Assembly: GCA_951406725.2 (NCBI GenBank)
Contig: OX597814.1
Coordinates: forward strand, 53,010,001-53,074,000
From: Octopus vulgaris
Taxonomy: Eukaryota
DNA length: 64,000 nt
Direction: 5' to 3'
Shown: in pieces, positions 50,985 through 63,744 of the stretch
How positions within the stretch are numbered: position 1 is the stretch's first letter
Layout of the letters: each line of letters opens with the position of its first letter
Position numbers and translations under genes: made by a program
Notes under the pieces: generated by a model
Told to the model about the DNA's origin: nothing
Seen by the model: only the letters and a program-made list of their open reading frames with translations
The model's database searches: none

Positions 50985-51725
50985 CAAAGTTCAGAGAGGA
51001 GCTAACTTTGTTTACAAACTAAGGGCCTCTCCCACAGAGTGAAAGACAGATTGTTTGATGCCTGTGTATGTACTGCTGTTACATGGCAGTGAAACATAGG
51101 CTTTGACTAAAGAGGACTTGCGAAAGCTTGAAAGAAGTGAAGCTAGCAAGCTTTGCTGGATGGCTAATGTCAGTGTGCATGCATGACAGAGTGTAAATGA
51201 TTTAAGAGGAAAACTGGGCATAAGACACATCAGATGTTGTGTGCAAGAGAGAAGATTGCACTGGTTTGGTCATGTGATGTGTATAGATGAAGACAGCTGC
51301 GTAAAGAAGTGCCAAGCTCTAATTGTAGAGGGTATCTGAGGAAGACATGGGACAAAGTGGTGAGAAAGGTTGGGCCTCACTGAGGAAATGACAAGGGACC
51401 AGGAGATGTGGTGATTTGCTGTACTTGATAAGGCACGTCAAGCTAAATAAAATCATCGTCTTCCATACATACAAGCTTATCTTTTCAGGTGCTGATGCTG
51501 CATAAAAAACAACCGTGTTGCTGCTGTGTAAACATACTCGTGCCAGTGGCATGTGAAAAGCACCCAACACACTCTGTTAAGTGGTCAGCATTAGGAAGGG
51601 CATCCAGCTGTAGAAACCATGCCACAACAAACAAATGGAGTTTGGACAGCTCCCAGCTGACCAACTCCATGTCAAACCCTCCAGCTCAAGCCAGCATGGA
51701 AAGCAGACATTAAATGACGACGATG
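50985..51725 (+). mobile_element. RTE-type LINE 3' fragment
   Basis: KGLSHRVKDRLFDACV...LLHGSET*A...RKLERSEAS...ERRLHWFGHVM, ending in the family 3' tail. Short 3'-end-only copies recur at ~7760-8190, 36250-36542, 49450-49900, 53050-53230 and 54085-54330. Confidence 0.85.
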
Positions 51726-52659
51726 TCATCTAGATGTGCTGTAATATCTGTTTCTTTAACATTCTCCATACATTAAAGTAAACAATTCAATAGAAAGCAG
51801 ATGTACTCTTTTAGTCAACCAATGACTGAAAAATATTCACACATTATTCTTCAGTATAGTCTGTACACAATAGAGGAACTTGTTCAAAGTGTCAACCTGT
51901 TTGAGAAAGCAATGAAATCTTCAAATTAAGACACTACCATTTTGAAAAAGAACGGTCACATCAATAATATATATTGAATAATATTGTTCTGGACACACTA
52001 TACACAAAAGAAGACTGGAAGACTGCTTAAACCGAGAGTTCTTTTCATCATGAGTTTGTTTAATCAAGGCTGATATAGGTTATGCGACAATAAGAACAAT
52101 AATAACGCTTCTTGCATTGGTTTAGAACTTGTCATATTTTTAGAATGCTGAATTAGAGAGGGGAGATAACTCTCGTTGGTTTAATTATTTACCCTGCTGT
52201 CTTAGAATATATTTCAGTACTGAATCACATTGAATATCGTCCTGCGGTACATATTTCTTTGTCTTTACCGATAGAGTTGTCAGATAAATAACTGAAACAC
52301 AACACAAAATCAAGGATGGGCTTGGATATTACAACTTTTTAACTGAGAGATTGGCACTCTATCACGTAAAATCAATGAAATGCATCTCTATGTATGTACC
52401 TGTCTGTCTGTCTCACACATAAACACACACACACACGTTACGTAATAAAAAATAAACCTTGTTACAAAAGCGTCAGAGTGTACATGGAAGCATGATGTTA
52501 AAAAAAATGATTCTTTTTCATTTGATTAAGTTAGCAGGGAGAAGAAGTATATAAATTGTTGACAAAAAAGTAGTTTTGCTGACCATTCATGTTTATGACT
52601 CCATGAATCTTAATGAAGATAAAGATCTCTTATAAAAACTCTATTCATTATAATTTCAG

Positions 52660-52796
52660 ACATACAAAGACTCATCTCGGAAAGAACAGTTTGTGACCAG
52701 ATTTTTACTGCATGAGATTCTGAATCAGTTTACTGCTGTTCAACGAGCAATGGAGAATGCTTCTGATGCTTTAGACGAACAAGCTAGAGAGCAAAA
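52660..52796 (+). CDS. NECAB: NECAB-like exon: TYKDSSRKEQFVTRFLLHEILNQFTAVQRAMENASDALDEQAREQ
   Basis: tttcag acceptor, AA|gtaagt donor, 137 nt. Contains the NECAB hallmark EQFVTRFLL. Confidence 0.95.
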
Positions 52797-55398
52797 GTAA
52801 GTTATTAAATTAACTTCTAGTCTGTGTTTTACTTTCAGGCATGGGAGCAAAACTTCCAATATTGCTTTTCAGTTTTTGCTTGGAGTTTAGGAGTTAAACT
52901 CTTTTAAATTTCACATAACTAGATTAGATCATGGGTTTAGGTTCTATTAAAATCTTGTGTTTCTTTAGGAAGAGTACTACTTGATTTGTTACATTAAAAC
53001 ATATAGAAGCGCAATGGCAGAGGGAATTTTCTATTGAACTACAGAAGGCACCTGTACTGGTGACATGTAAATAACACCCAGTACACTCTGTTAAATGGTT
53101 GGCATTATGAAGGGCATTCAGCCACAGAAATCAAGTCAAAATAGATGACTGGAGCCTGGTGCTCCAATTCAGACTATCTAACCCATACCAGCATTGAAAA
53201 TGGACGTTAAATGATAATGCTGATGATGATTCACACAAATGCACTATGCATTTTATTTTTCATTTGTACAGTATATTTTATTCTATGTATCGCAGACTGG
53301 ATCTGGTGGACTGTGTGGAAGAATCATTAATGGTTCAATGGAAGAGAAGGTGACTGCAGAAATGCATTGTGGAGTGCAGAGACTAAGATGAGGCAAGTAA
53401 GACATCTAGGTCATCTGTTGCATCTGTCTCCATCCTCTGTCATCTTGATCTGGTCTTCCCACAGGATTGAAGATGGTCATGGATGAGAGAGTGAGATTAA
53501 CAGGCTACATCTCATCTTCACTTGACAGGCTACATCTCATCTTTACTCTTAACAAAGTCACTGCATAAGTCATCTGTCTTCTCTATATGGCTAGATGGTC
53601 CTTGTTGCTCTGATGGATAAACATGGATCTTAGTTCAGATGCTTGTTAATCCATAGTTACTGGGAATAGATACCAGATAATCTGAAAATGTAACCTGTGA
53701 TAGACTGGCAACCTAACAAAGGGGAAGTAAATCTCTCAGCTTCTTAATGCTATGAAACTGGAGTTAAAGACATTGATTCTTAAAAGTTCTCTAGGATTAG
53801 AGACGAGGACATACACATGAACACACACACACGTTTGCATACACACATGCACATACACCCATGTGCACATTTCATCAAAGATCGTTTTTTTTTTTAGGCA
53901 TTCCCTAAAACATTTTGAGTAAAGTGAACATTTCTCAATCTTCAAAGTGGAAAAAAATCATGTCTACTGCACTTAAAATTGTTTCATATAATCTACAAAA
54001 ATATATTTTGCAAGACAATTTATAATGGATCAATTAATATAAAGAAATAAAAAAATTCAAACATAATGATGTTGAAGTATTAAGACTGGGTTCACTTGTG
54101 GTGGTGCCACATATAAGTGCCCACGTGCCACATAAAAGTGCCCATGTGGTGCCATGTAAAAGCACCCAACACACTTAGTAAAGTGGTTGGTGTTAGGGAG
54201 GGCATGTAGCCATAGAAACCATGCTAAATCAGACTGGAGTCTGATGCAGCTCCCCTGTTTGCTAGCTCTGGTCAAACTGTCCAACCCATGCCAGCATTAA
54301 CAATGGATGTTATATGATGATGATGACTGATGTAAGAACAGCACACAAACAAAATAAAAGGAGTTAAAAACTTGAAGAATTTCATTCAAAACATTTTTCC
54401 ATGTCAGGTTTGAGAAAAATAATGCAACTTCATTTTTGATATAACCTCAAAATTAAAACTTTTTAATCTGAGTGCAACTTGGATGCTGTCTTCAGAGTTT
54501 AATGGATGTCTATATGACCCCCAACTTAGTTGATAGGGTTTTTTGTTTGTCTTGAAAGTTACTTGATGACTTCACTTGTGCTGGTGCCACAAAAAGGCAC
54601 CCAGTCCACTTTGTAAAGTGGTTGGTATTAGGAAGAGCATCCAGCTTTAGAAACCATGTTAAAGCAGATATTGGAGCCCTATGCAGTCCTCTGGCTCATT
54701 GAATTTTATCAAACCATCCAACACATTCCAGCATGGAAAATGGTAAATGATGACGATGAAATAAAGGGTTGAAATTATTAGTGAAAAAAAAAAAGACAAC
54801 TATTTCTCTCTGGTTTCGTAATCTGTTTGGAGATGGTTTCTATGGCTGAATACACTTCCTAATGCCAACCATTTTACAGAGTGTACTAGGTGCTTTTTAC
54901 GTAGCACCATCTCCAGTGCTTTTTATGTGACACCAGCACTTGTGCTTCTTACATGGCACTATCACCAGTGCTTTTTACTTGGCACCAGAACCAACAGGAT
55001 CACGAAGTACCTTGTGGGACAAGTAACCCTTGACTGAGAGAGTGGAGAGTAGTATTGAGGGCATGTGGCTTTGGGTCAGTTGAAAGATTTAAGGTGAAGA
55101 GGGGATAGATATAGGTGTCTTGCTATAAGGTAGATACATGGATACCCAGTTGGAAAGCAAAGAGAAGTGAGTTGGAGAGTAAGATATAGGGAGTAAGGAT
55201 GAGAAATATGATGGCAGGGTTGTGTTGGGACATGTCCTCAAGGGACATTGAGGATGGTGAGAATAGGTGTGGTGATATAGAGGCTTGGACCGGATGAGTG
55301 GGCACGATGAGGTGACTGTAGCAAATAATGGAGAAAAATATAGGATAAACCTTGGCCTAATGACCCGTAAGCTTCAGATAGATTTTAACACACACACA

Positions 55399-56150
55399 CA
55401 GGGTGTTCAGACAAAATGTGACAGTTTGCATAAAAGAAAAAGAAAATACAATATCTCATCCAAAAATAAAAGTATTTAAAAAAATAAAAAAATATCAACT
55501 TGATTATGGCTAGGCGATAATAGTTTACTCTCCTCATCTTCTACCACTGCTCCAGACCCTGGCGCACATGTTTCCCACCTTGTCCATGGGATGATCTTTG
55601 AACACCTTGTTCTTGGCCACCAGCTCAGCCTCAGTGGTGCAGGCTGAGTGGGTGGTATCTTTCTCGACTGCATCCCAAACATAATAATCCATGGGATTAG
55701 GAAGCCAGAAATTGGGGCTGGTAAAGTCGTAGATATTCTCTGATAACCATTTCTGACTCTTTCTGGAGGTATGGCAAGGAGCCAAATTCTGATGCCTCAC
55801 ATGTGGCCTTCCAGCAGTAGCCATCTTCATCCAGGGTTTGACCACAGTCTCCAGCAGTTTCACATATCTATCTGAATTGAGCCTAATGATGTGGGGTGTC
55901 ATGACATCACCATCACTGGAGACACCCAGAGACCATCACAGTTTCAGGGAACTTGGTTTCCATAATGTCCATGTCATGTCTTACAGCCTTTACAGTGTTC
56001 ATAACGCATTGAACAGCAGTCATGATGTTGGCATTTTGATACCTGGTGCAAATCATCATGATATGGGTAACTCTTTTCTTATATTCAGATGGTACCCAGT
56101 CCTCCTTACCAGGTAACTTTTTTCAACAACAGCTTTAATCTTTATGCTCT
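55399..56150 (-). mobile_element. Tc1/mariner (maT/DD37D-like) transposase remnant
   Basis: YVKLLETVVKPW...QNLAPCHTSRKSQKWL...FW.PNPMDYYVW in ORF 55534..55902. Terminus cagggtgttcagacaaaatg at 55399. Confidence 0.75.
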
Positions 56151-56759
56151 CCAATACCATTATACTGTTAACCAATATATCAAGCTGTTCTTGAAAAAGG
56201 AGTTATCAAAAACCTCATTACATTTAGCTTGCCCCCCTGCCCCCACACACACAAATAAATGTATATGAGTTTCATTTGTAAGGCATTGGTCAGCTTGAGG
56301 CTATGCCATAAAACATGTTCAAAGTGTCATGCAGTGGAAGGGAACTTGCAAACATGATTATAAAATAATCAACTCCTTATCCACACAGCCATATCTGTGG
56401 CTTATGACTATCCTCACCTAACTAAAGGAAAATTCAATAAAAAAATTATTCCACTCAATGGTTTCTGTCTAACTCTAACAGTTTCCATAGTGATGGAAAA
56501 GAAGTTGCTTTAGCTGACGAAATTCAGAGGGGAATCTATAAAATGTCAAAACTCCATATGTACAAAGGAAAATCATTGGAATAAGATACTTGAGATAGTT
56601 GACAATTCTGAAGCACTTATTTATTATATGATATAATGATGTCAGACTGAACTGTATGGTAATTGTGTACTAGGCTGTGGAATACTGAGAAGTTGTAAAT
56701 GGTAAATTACTAATAGGGTATGAAGTATATTGAGGTATAAGTCATATACTATTTAGACT

Positions 56760-56793
<34 letters not shown>

Positions 56794-56816
56794 AATATTG
56801 TGTATTCTATTTTCAG

Positions 56817-56959
56817 TGAAGATATTGTTCCAGTCATGATGGACACTCCTTCAAAGGTAGTAAATGCAGCTATTGTCCCTGGCCGTGTAGCCAGAAGAGC
56901 AAGGCGCCAGATGTCAATGCCAAATCCCACATCTAGCAGCAATGTAACTGAGACAGAAT
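56817..56959 (+). CDS. NECAB: NECAB-like exon: (N)EDIVPVMMDTPSKVVNAAIVPGRVARRARRQMSMPNPTSSSNVTETE
   Basis: ttttcag acceptor, T|gtaagc donor, 143 nt, phases fit (2 in, 1 out). PGRVARRARRQ resembles the basic NECAB linker (WPGKRSSRRVQR). Lies within ORF 56800..56994. Confidence 0.85.
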
Positions 56960-56984
56960 GTAAGCCACAACTTCTTGCTTCTGT

Positions 56985-57208
56985 TAGTCATTGAACTATA
57001 AGATTGTCATATTTCGTTTTTGGATTTAGTTTGCAAGATTCTTTATATCAGTTCGTGTGTTGAAGCATATTCTGTTGTGTCTGAGGAGAGTCATTCTCTT
57101 TTTGTACCTTATTATTTAACACACTCACCGGTAAAATTTCCACTTATTTTGTCTTTTTATTTTCCTAAAATTTTCTTTGCGTCTTGCAACCTTTTCAATA
57201 GTCTTGAC
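56985..57208 (-). repeat. Interspersed-repeat-like segment beginning (on - strand) with a U3-A8 variant hammerhead-like motif
   Basis: - strand 57201->57165 reads CTA-TTGAAAA-G-GTTGC-aagac-GCAAA-GAAA-AT-TT-TAG. Single copy in the window, so repeat status is inferred. Confidence 0.45.
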
Positions 57209-57528
57209 TCTGTCCGTTATTTACACTGCGTTCCCTTTTGTTTGTTTGTGTGCGTGGGTCAGTATGTGTACGTATGTATGTGTGTTTGCCTGTGTATGTA
57301 TGTATATATGTGTATGTATGTATGCATGTATGTGTGTGCATCTGTATGTACGTATCCTGCATATTTATGTGCTTGCCTGTTTGTGTTTGTGTATTTTCTG
57401 TGTGTGTGTGTGAGCATGTGTTTGTATATGTATGCACCTCTGTCTCCTTGTGTGTCCATAAATACATTTTTGATCCACTAAATGAAGTTTCAGTATGCCA
57501 TGCCAGTTATTCTACCTTGGTTATAGGT

Positions 57529-57781
57529 CTACCTAGTCATATTTCTTTACTGCCTACAAGGGGCTACACACAGAGAGGACAAACAAGGACAGACAAACGG
57601 CTTAAGTTGATTATATCGACCCCAGTGCGTAACTAGTACTTATTTAATCGACCCCCGAAAGGATGAAAGGCAAAGTCGATCTCGACGGAATTTGAACTCA
57701 GAACGTAGTGGCAGATGAAATACCGCTAAGCATTTTGCCTGGTATGCTAACATTTCTGCCAGCTCACTGCTACCTAGTCAT
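57529..57781 (-). mobile_element. Young SINE with 12-bp target-site duplication
   Basis: Reverse complement of the 33509-33740 family, flanked by ctacctagtcat at 57529-57540 and 57770-57781. Confidence 0.92.
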
Positions 57782-58503
57782 ACTGGCCACATGTGATGTG
57801 GATAGTGTAATAAGCCTTGGCTGTCTACTCCTAGGTGAAATCTGAACCCAGAATGCTAAGGAAAGGAGCAGACACCACAACGCATATTGTTTGACACTAA
57901 CAATTTCACAAATCCATTGCTGTGCAAACTGGTATTTTATTTGATCCCCTAGTGGAATTTGAGCTCTGAGTGCAGAGTGCTGGAATATTGGCAGAAAAGT
58001 ATTCTAACACTAATAACTCTGCCAAGTTACTGTCTATTATAAGAGGTTAGATAGGTCTATTAGCTCAGGTGCGCATAAATTTTAGGAGAGGTTCAATAAA
58101 AGTAGTTTGGTTAGAATTAAAAAGTACTAGGCAATAGATATAAATATTAGCAGGAGATAAATGTAACTATTCTAGATATTAAATATTAATATTTGTTTTC
58201 TGAAATATACGGTGAGCTGGCAGAAGTGTTAGCATGCCAGGCAGAATGCGTAGTAACATTTCATCCTTCTTTATATTCTGAGTTCAAATTCCACTGAGGT
58301 TGACTTTACCTTTCATTCTTTTGGGGTTGATAAAATAAGTAACAGTTGAGCACTGGGGTTGATGTAAGTGACTTCGCCTCTTCCTTCAGAACCTGCTAAC
58401 TTTGAGTCAAAATTTAAAACAAATATTTGTTTCTGAAATGTCTGTCATTTCTTTGCCACTATTGTTGGAAATATTTTCTGTTATGTTTTCTCTCTATTTT
58501 CAG

Positions 58504-58583
58504 TTGGTGGAAACGTTTCACAGACTACTCTATCAACACAACTGTATCGACTGTCAAGTCTGGTTGACAGACTGGAGAACAGA
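58504..58583 (+). CDS. NECAB: NECAB-like exon: (F)GGNVSQTTLSTQLYRLSSLVDRLENR (coiled coil)
   Basis: Long pyrimidine tract + cag, AGA|gtaata donor, 80 nt. Resembles NECAB TQINRLQKLIDRLE. Confidence 0.88.
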
Positions 58584-58829
58584 GTAATATGAACTATTTA
58601 TAAGCTTTATCTTCTGCATTGTAAAAAATGTGTTTGTGATCTATGATATCTTTTGGATGGCTGTGCGGAATTGTTTGAGAAGTTTAAGGTGGTTAATATT
58701 TCATGGGGGACCCACGTTAGAAATTATAGGAAGTTGAAATTAAGGATGCAAAGCTGTACATGTTATTTTTTCAAAAGATTTAGTTGAAGGTGCTGGTGCC
58801 AGTAACTTTAACAGGCCTTTTCACATTTG

Positions 58830-60000
58830 TGAAGTGGAAAACTTGATGTTTGAAACTCTGTAGATTGATAATTGTTGGGAATAGATGATAAGGAGGGAGT
58901 TCCAGAGAATGGATTCTGAAAAGTGTTTTGTGTGATGTTTGTTGAGTGAGTCACAAAAGCAGAAGGAGGTTAAGTTGCAGGAGATGAGACAACACATTAT
59001 TGGGTTAGTGATTGCAGTATACTGGATAGACATCTCTGAGTGTTTATACTATCTCAGAGATACAAGGATTTACTCTTGAGTTTATAGAGAGGGGAAAAAT
59101 ACTGATCAGGGCTAAAGTATCTACTGACTGTGAAAAGAAACCTTGGCATTGAGTTAGTTTTAGCAATGCTATAGGTGTGTGATTGCAGTAACTTTGAAGG
59201 TTTAGTTGTGTTGTTTCTGATGAAGAATAATATAGCATTATAAGACTATTTCCTTTATATGTGTGGTGAGTGCCTGGGTGCTGTTAAAAGAGACTAGGTT
59301 GCCGTGTTCCTATAGGAGGATACTTACAATGCCTTTGTTTAGAGAAGCAGTGCATATCTATCTTGCAGTGTTGAGATTGTATTGTGGATGAAACTTGTGT
59401 ACCACAGATTGTTAAAAAGTGAAGATTAGTAGGAGTTTCTGTAGTTAAATGTAACACTGGAAAGCTTGTTAGGGAAACCTAACCAAATTATGAAGCCTAA
59501 CAAAATTGATAGAACGTGAAATGTAGAATCCAGTTGACATGCTTTGGAAGTTGTAGCCTGACAGGACACTTCTAATCCATCAGCTTAAAACCTAAAGTGC
59601 CCATAAATAGACTACTTTGTAAGAAACGAAGGATTTTCTGATCTAACAGTAAGGTTTTCACTAAAGTTTTCAAGGACAAGAGACTAGTGACACATGATAA
59701 ATGAAAGCATATCTTCAGTGGATCTAGCAGAAAGAAATTCAAGATGATGAAGGAAGTGGTTCTTTATAATTATTTCCATATCAGTTGATTTGAAAATAAA
59801 AGAAGTAGGTTAGAAATTTGCAGAGACAGAAATGCATAGGGACACACTTGTGGCATTCTGTAAGCTGGAATAGATACCCAAACAGAGAGTACAATTAAAG
59901 AGTTTAGGAAGCTAAGAGCTAGCATGAAAGCAGAATTTTTGGGAGTAATGCAAGGAATTTGATTAAGAACATTTTCCATTTTAGTCTATAGTGACTCTAC
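58830..60000 (-). mobile_element. Old CR1/L2/Jockey-group LINE RT remnant
   Basis: - strand MPQ motif (GVPQG-like) near 59850 and a C-terminal ILWNSL near 58900. Many stops. Confidence 0.5.
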
Positions 60001-60533
60001 CTGTGATGCAGGTGGATCATGAAAATGTATTTAGAAAGTTTTGTATGCATGCAGTGTAAAATTGGAAACAGACAAGGTAGCTGAAATGGTGTTTCTATTT
60101 GTTGGTGTGCTTTTGGTTGAGTAGTGTCAAATAAAAAACTTTGCAAGGTTAGTAGACATCACCTTAACAAAGGACTAGAATATTTGGCTGCAATTAGGTG
60201 AGATAACTTCCGGTCATATAATGCATGCAAACATCTCTTATTGACTCTGAAAGGATGAAAGGCAAAGTCGACCTAGGCAGAATTTGAACTCAAAACGTAA
60301 AGACAGATGAAATAACGCTAAGCATTTCGTCCAGTGTGCTAACAATTCTGCCAGCTTGCCGCTTTTAGCTGTCACAATATAGAAACATTTCTCATGGCAC
60401 CAGCACGCAATTTACAGATGCTTACATTTTTTATATTTTCCATGAATTTTTCATGCATCCAGCTAGTAATTATTAAGTTGATTGTTATTGTTATTAGAAT
60501 TATTGTTAATTTTCTCTTTAAATGGTATTTCAG

Positions 60534-60587
60534 ATCAATTTCGATGGGTTTGTTGATGAAGAGGTGGATGTGCAGGATGATGGTGAG
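60534..60587 (+). CDS. NECAB: NECAB-like exon: INFDGFVDEEVDVQDDGE (acidic linker)
   Basis: tttcag acceptor. The GAG|gtagga donor gives 54 nt, phase 0/0, as required by the flanking exons. Confidence 0.8.
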
Positions 60588-61003
60588 GTAGGATACACTT
60601 TTCTTTCTTTAGATATTCAAGGATTTTATATGCAGACTGCTACTATGCATTGGTTCCAGACCCTGTTAAAATAAGAGGATGTTAATCCATTGATAGTGAG
60701 AGTTACAGCTGGCTGAGATATTTAGTTGCTGTTCATTCCAGTTAAGGGCCACTATTATCCTTGAGTTGTATTTTTCATACAGATGTTTAATTAACAACAA
60801 TTCAATTTAGTTAGGCACATAACTTATTACTGTCAGTAGCAGGAGAACACTAAATTTAATGAGTTTCATTCACTTGAAGTGGATTGCTATTTGTTAAATG
60901 CTATGGTCTCCTGAAGACTTGAAGAGTCAAGTTACATTTTTATCTGAGGCCAGAAGTGGTGCTTCCAAATTCACCTGGTGTTGTGAAATTACTCATTCAA
61001 TAT

Positions 61004-62400
61004 TTAACCCTTTATAGGCCATGGGCTAGTGGGGTCATGGTTCACCCCCTCCCCCATCCTTTGTGATTTACTTTAATGGGTATTTTCATGTAGTCCTGGG
61101 TCTGATAAGTCAGAAAATTGATGTTGCTAGCAAAAAAACTGGGATGGAAGACACTCACCATGGACTTTTTGACCACGCCCACTTTTACACCTGGAGGCAG
61201 AAAATTAGGGATTTGGAAAATTCAAATAGTTCTAGCTTTGCCACTCTTCACCAAAATATTTCAAATGACCACTTAAAAATGATTGCCTGGTCAAGATCTA
61301 CAAGTTCATGCAAATGATAAGCAAATATATTCTGTAAAAAGGTCACCAGAGGTCAAAAGGTCACAAACTTTGACCTTTACCTATAATATCTCACATTCAC
61401 AGGTTTTATTTAACACCAAGACCATATAACATTTTTTTTTATTTATTGAAAATTAATCAAAACGAAAGTTTACATGTGCTTTTAAATGCCAGAGGTAAAC
61501 AAAAAAGTAGTGTTTACCCTGTGGAATGTGAGATATTTCTGCACTTTTACATACTGTTTTGTACGTATTGTTTAATGTATCAAATAGAGAAAATACCCAT
61601 TAAAGTAAATCAGAAGGAGGATGCACCATGACCTCCACTAGCTGGCTTTGTTGGGGGAGGTGCTTATCTCCCCTATTTCGAACTTGACACAGAACGCTTG
61701 TGTCACGTAGCCAACTGAAAACAGTGTTTCTTGGGGCTAAATAGCAGTAGCATCCTTCCCTTTCCTGGGACTGCCACATTAAGTTGGCAATAAACCATCT
61801 CTTGAGCAGAATAAAGTTATGCCATATTTCGATTGTGAAATCGTCCAAAACACCCTTTACACAAGAGCACTTTGCAAAACAAACACATATATGAGGTCTC
61901 AACCTGGTATCCTTTCACAGTTTTTCTTTTTTGCAGTGAACACAATCTACAAACTTTTTTCCTTCCGTTTATTTTTTTCCACTTTATGGAAGTCAATATT
62001 TTCTCTGTTGATATCCATCTCAGTTAATTTTGCTTTTCTCCTAGTTCTTTGCTTTCTAGAAGAAAAACCTTCATGTAACTGAGATGTGATGTCAACCTGA
62101 AATTTCAAATGGTTGTAGTCTTTTGGTGGTGCAGGTACCTTGTGGCTTTTTATATAAACAATATATGAATTAATTATAGTTAGACATAATGCTGGAGATA
62201 TATGAATCACCACACTTTATATCACGATTCCAGTAGTTCCACAGTCAAGGAAGCTGCTTGATACCAAGCATAATGTTTATAGTAAAAAAAAGCTCACATT
62301 TCCGCAATATCAGTTGGCTGCCATAGTGGATCGGGTCTTCCACGAATAGAAATTATGTGTTGAGCATATTTATTTGTTTCCTCTGCAACAGTTACAAAAA
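61004..62400 (-). mobile_element. piggyBac-like transposon 3' remnant
   Basis: TTAA-CCCTT terminus at 61004. - strand NFYS motif near 62350, IINSYIVY...HLKFQVDITSQL (ORF 61947..62213) and a decayed Cys-rich C-terminus near 61860-61940. Confidence 0.65.
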
Positions 62401-63215
62401 AAAACTTTCGAGCCTACGCATGTCCTCTGTAGTCACAGCCCTTGTTTTATTGCTGTGAAGCATAGCAGTTCGCACACATGCATCATACACTCTACCTTTC
62501 ACTCTGAGCGAGAGGCCCTTTGTCACCAGTAGGGGTAGAAGCTGTCTGAACTTTGCCCAGGTTATTCTTATTTTTGTGGTAACACTCTCAGAGCATCCAC
62601 CCCCACTATTAACTTGGTCACCTAGGTAGCGGAAGTCATCAACTACTTCTAGTTATTCCCCCTGGAGCCATATCTAACTCAAATATTCTATCTGTTCTAT
62701 GTTCAAACCAGCTAGATCTGGCCTCTCCCACTTCTCTACACTGATGTTCTAAAAATAGCAATCACAAAATGGAAATCTCAAAGCTATGCAATAAAACATG
62801 ATTAATTCTAAAACAAAGTGAATAGATAAGCATTACATTTGACAGAGTAATCTGAATACTGAAGGGTAAAATTAATACAGTGCTTGTAAACCTATTCCTA
62901 AATAAAATCTGTACTGGTGAGTTTAACAGACTATAAGGAAAAAAATAAGATTTTGTGAACCTAGGATGAATCCTTTGAAACTAATTTTCAGCTACATCAT
63001 CATTCAGTTTCACTGAAATTATAAGGAATTTGTGTAATTTATTTTCACATCCTATTTCTTCATTAATGTTTGTAAGTAGATTATTATATGATTATATTCA
63101 TTGGTTAATTTGTTTCATATTTATGATTTTATGGTTATTTTAATTTCTTGGTATATATTTTGTTTCTGTTAGGTGACAATATTGATGGATTTATATGCTG
63201 TTTCATTTTTCACAG

Positions 63216-63325
63216 ATAATCCTTCTGCAGAGAAATTTCAGTATAAAATTGGATTCCAAGGAAACTTTTAAAAACAAAATGCGAAACTATATTGAAGCCC
63301 TCCATAAAATATCTGGTTGTTTAAA
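63216..63325 (+). CDS. NECAB: NECAB-like exon: IILLQRNFSIKLDSKETFKNKMRNYIEALHKISGCL, start of ABM-like domain
   Basis: ttttcacag acceptor, AA|gtaaga donor, 110 nt. Resembles NECAB IMLVQRQMSV...F...LKHYVE....SGCL. The gene continues beyond the window. Confidence 0.9.
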
Positions 63326-63688
63326 GTAAGATATTTAAAACTAAATATATGTACTGTGTATCTTATATACACATATTTTAAATATATGTATTAGTATTAT
63401 GTCTCTGTGAGGTGAGAAAATTCATACATGTAAACTATTAATTTTGAGACTTAGAAATAAATTTAAATTGTAAAATTGTGATGCTAACTCACCTGTTTAT
63501 CAAATAAGGGATCACATATTCCACACAACTTTGAAGACATGAAAGCCTGAACAATATGTTGACAATTGACAGCAATACTGCCTACTGCACTTTTGTACAA
63601 ATGTATATTGTGCAGGCATGTATGTGTATATTGTACTAATGTAAACATAAATATATGCACACATACACAACACATATGCACATACATG

Positions 63689-63744
<56 letters not shown>

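Noticed and set aside
52264-52305. CCGATAG-AGTT...AACT-GAAA as another hammerhead variant
   Set aside because: The core lacks G8/A9 in register and no UH plus stem I partner follows. Too weak without a consensus.
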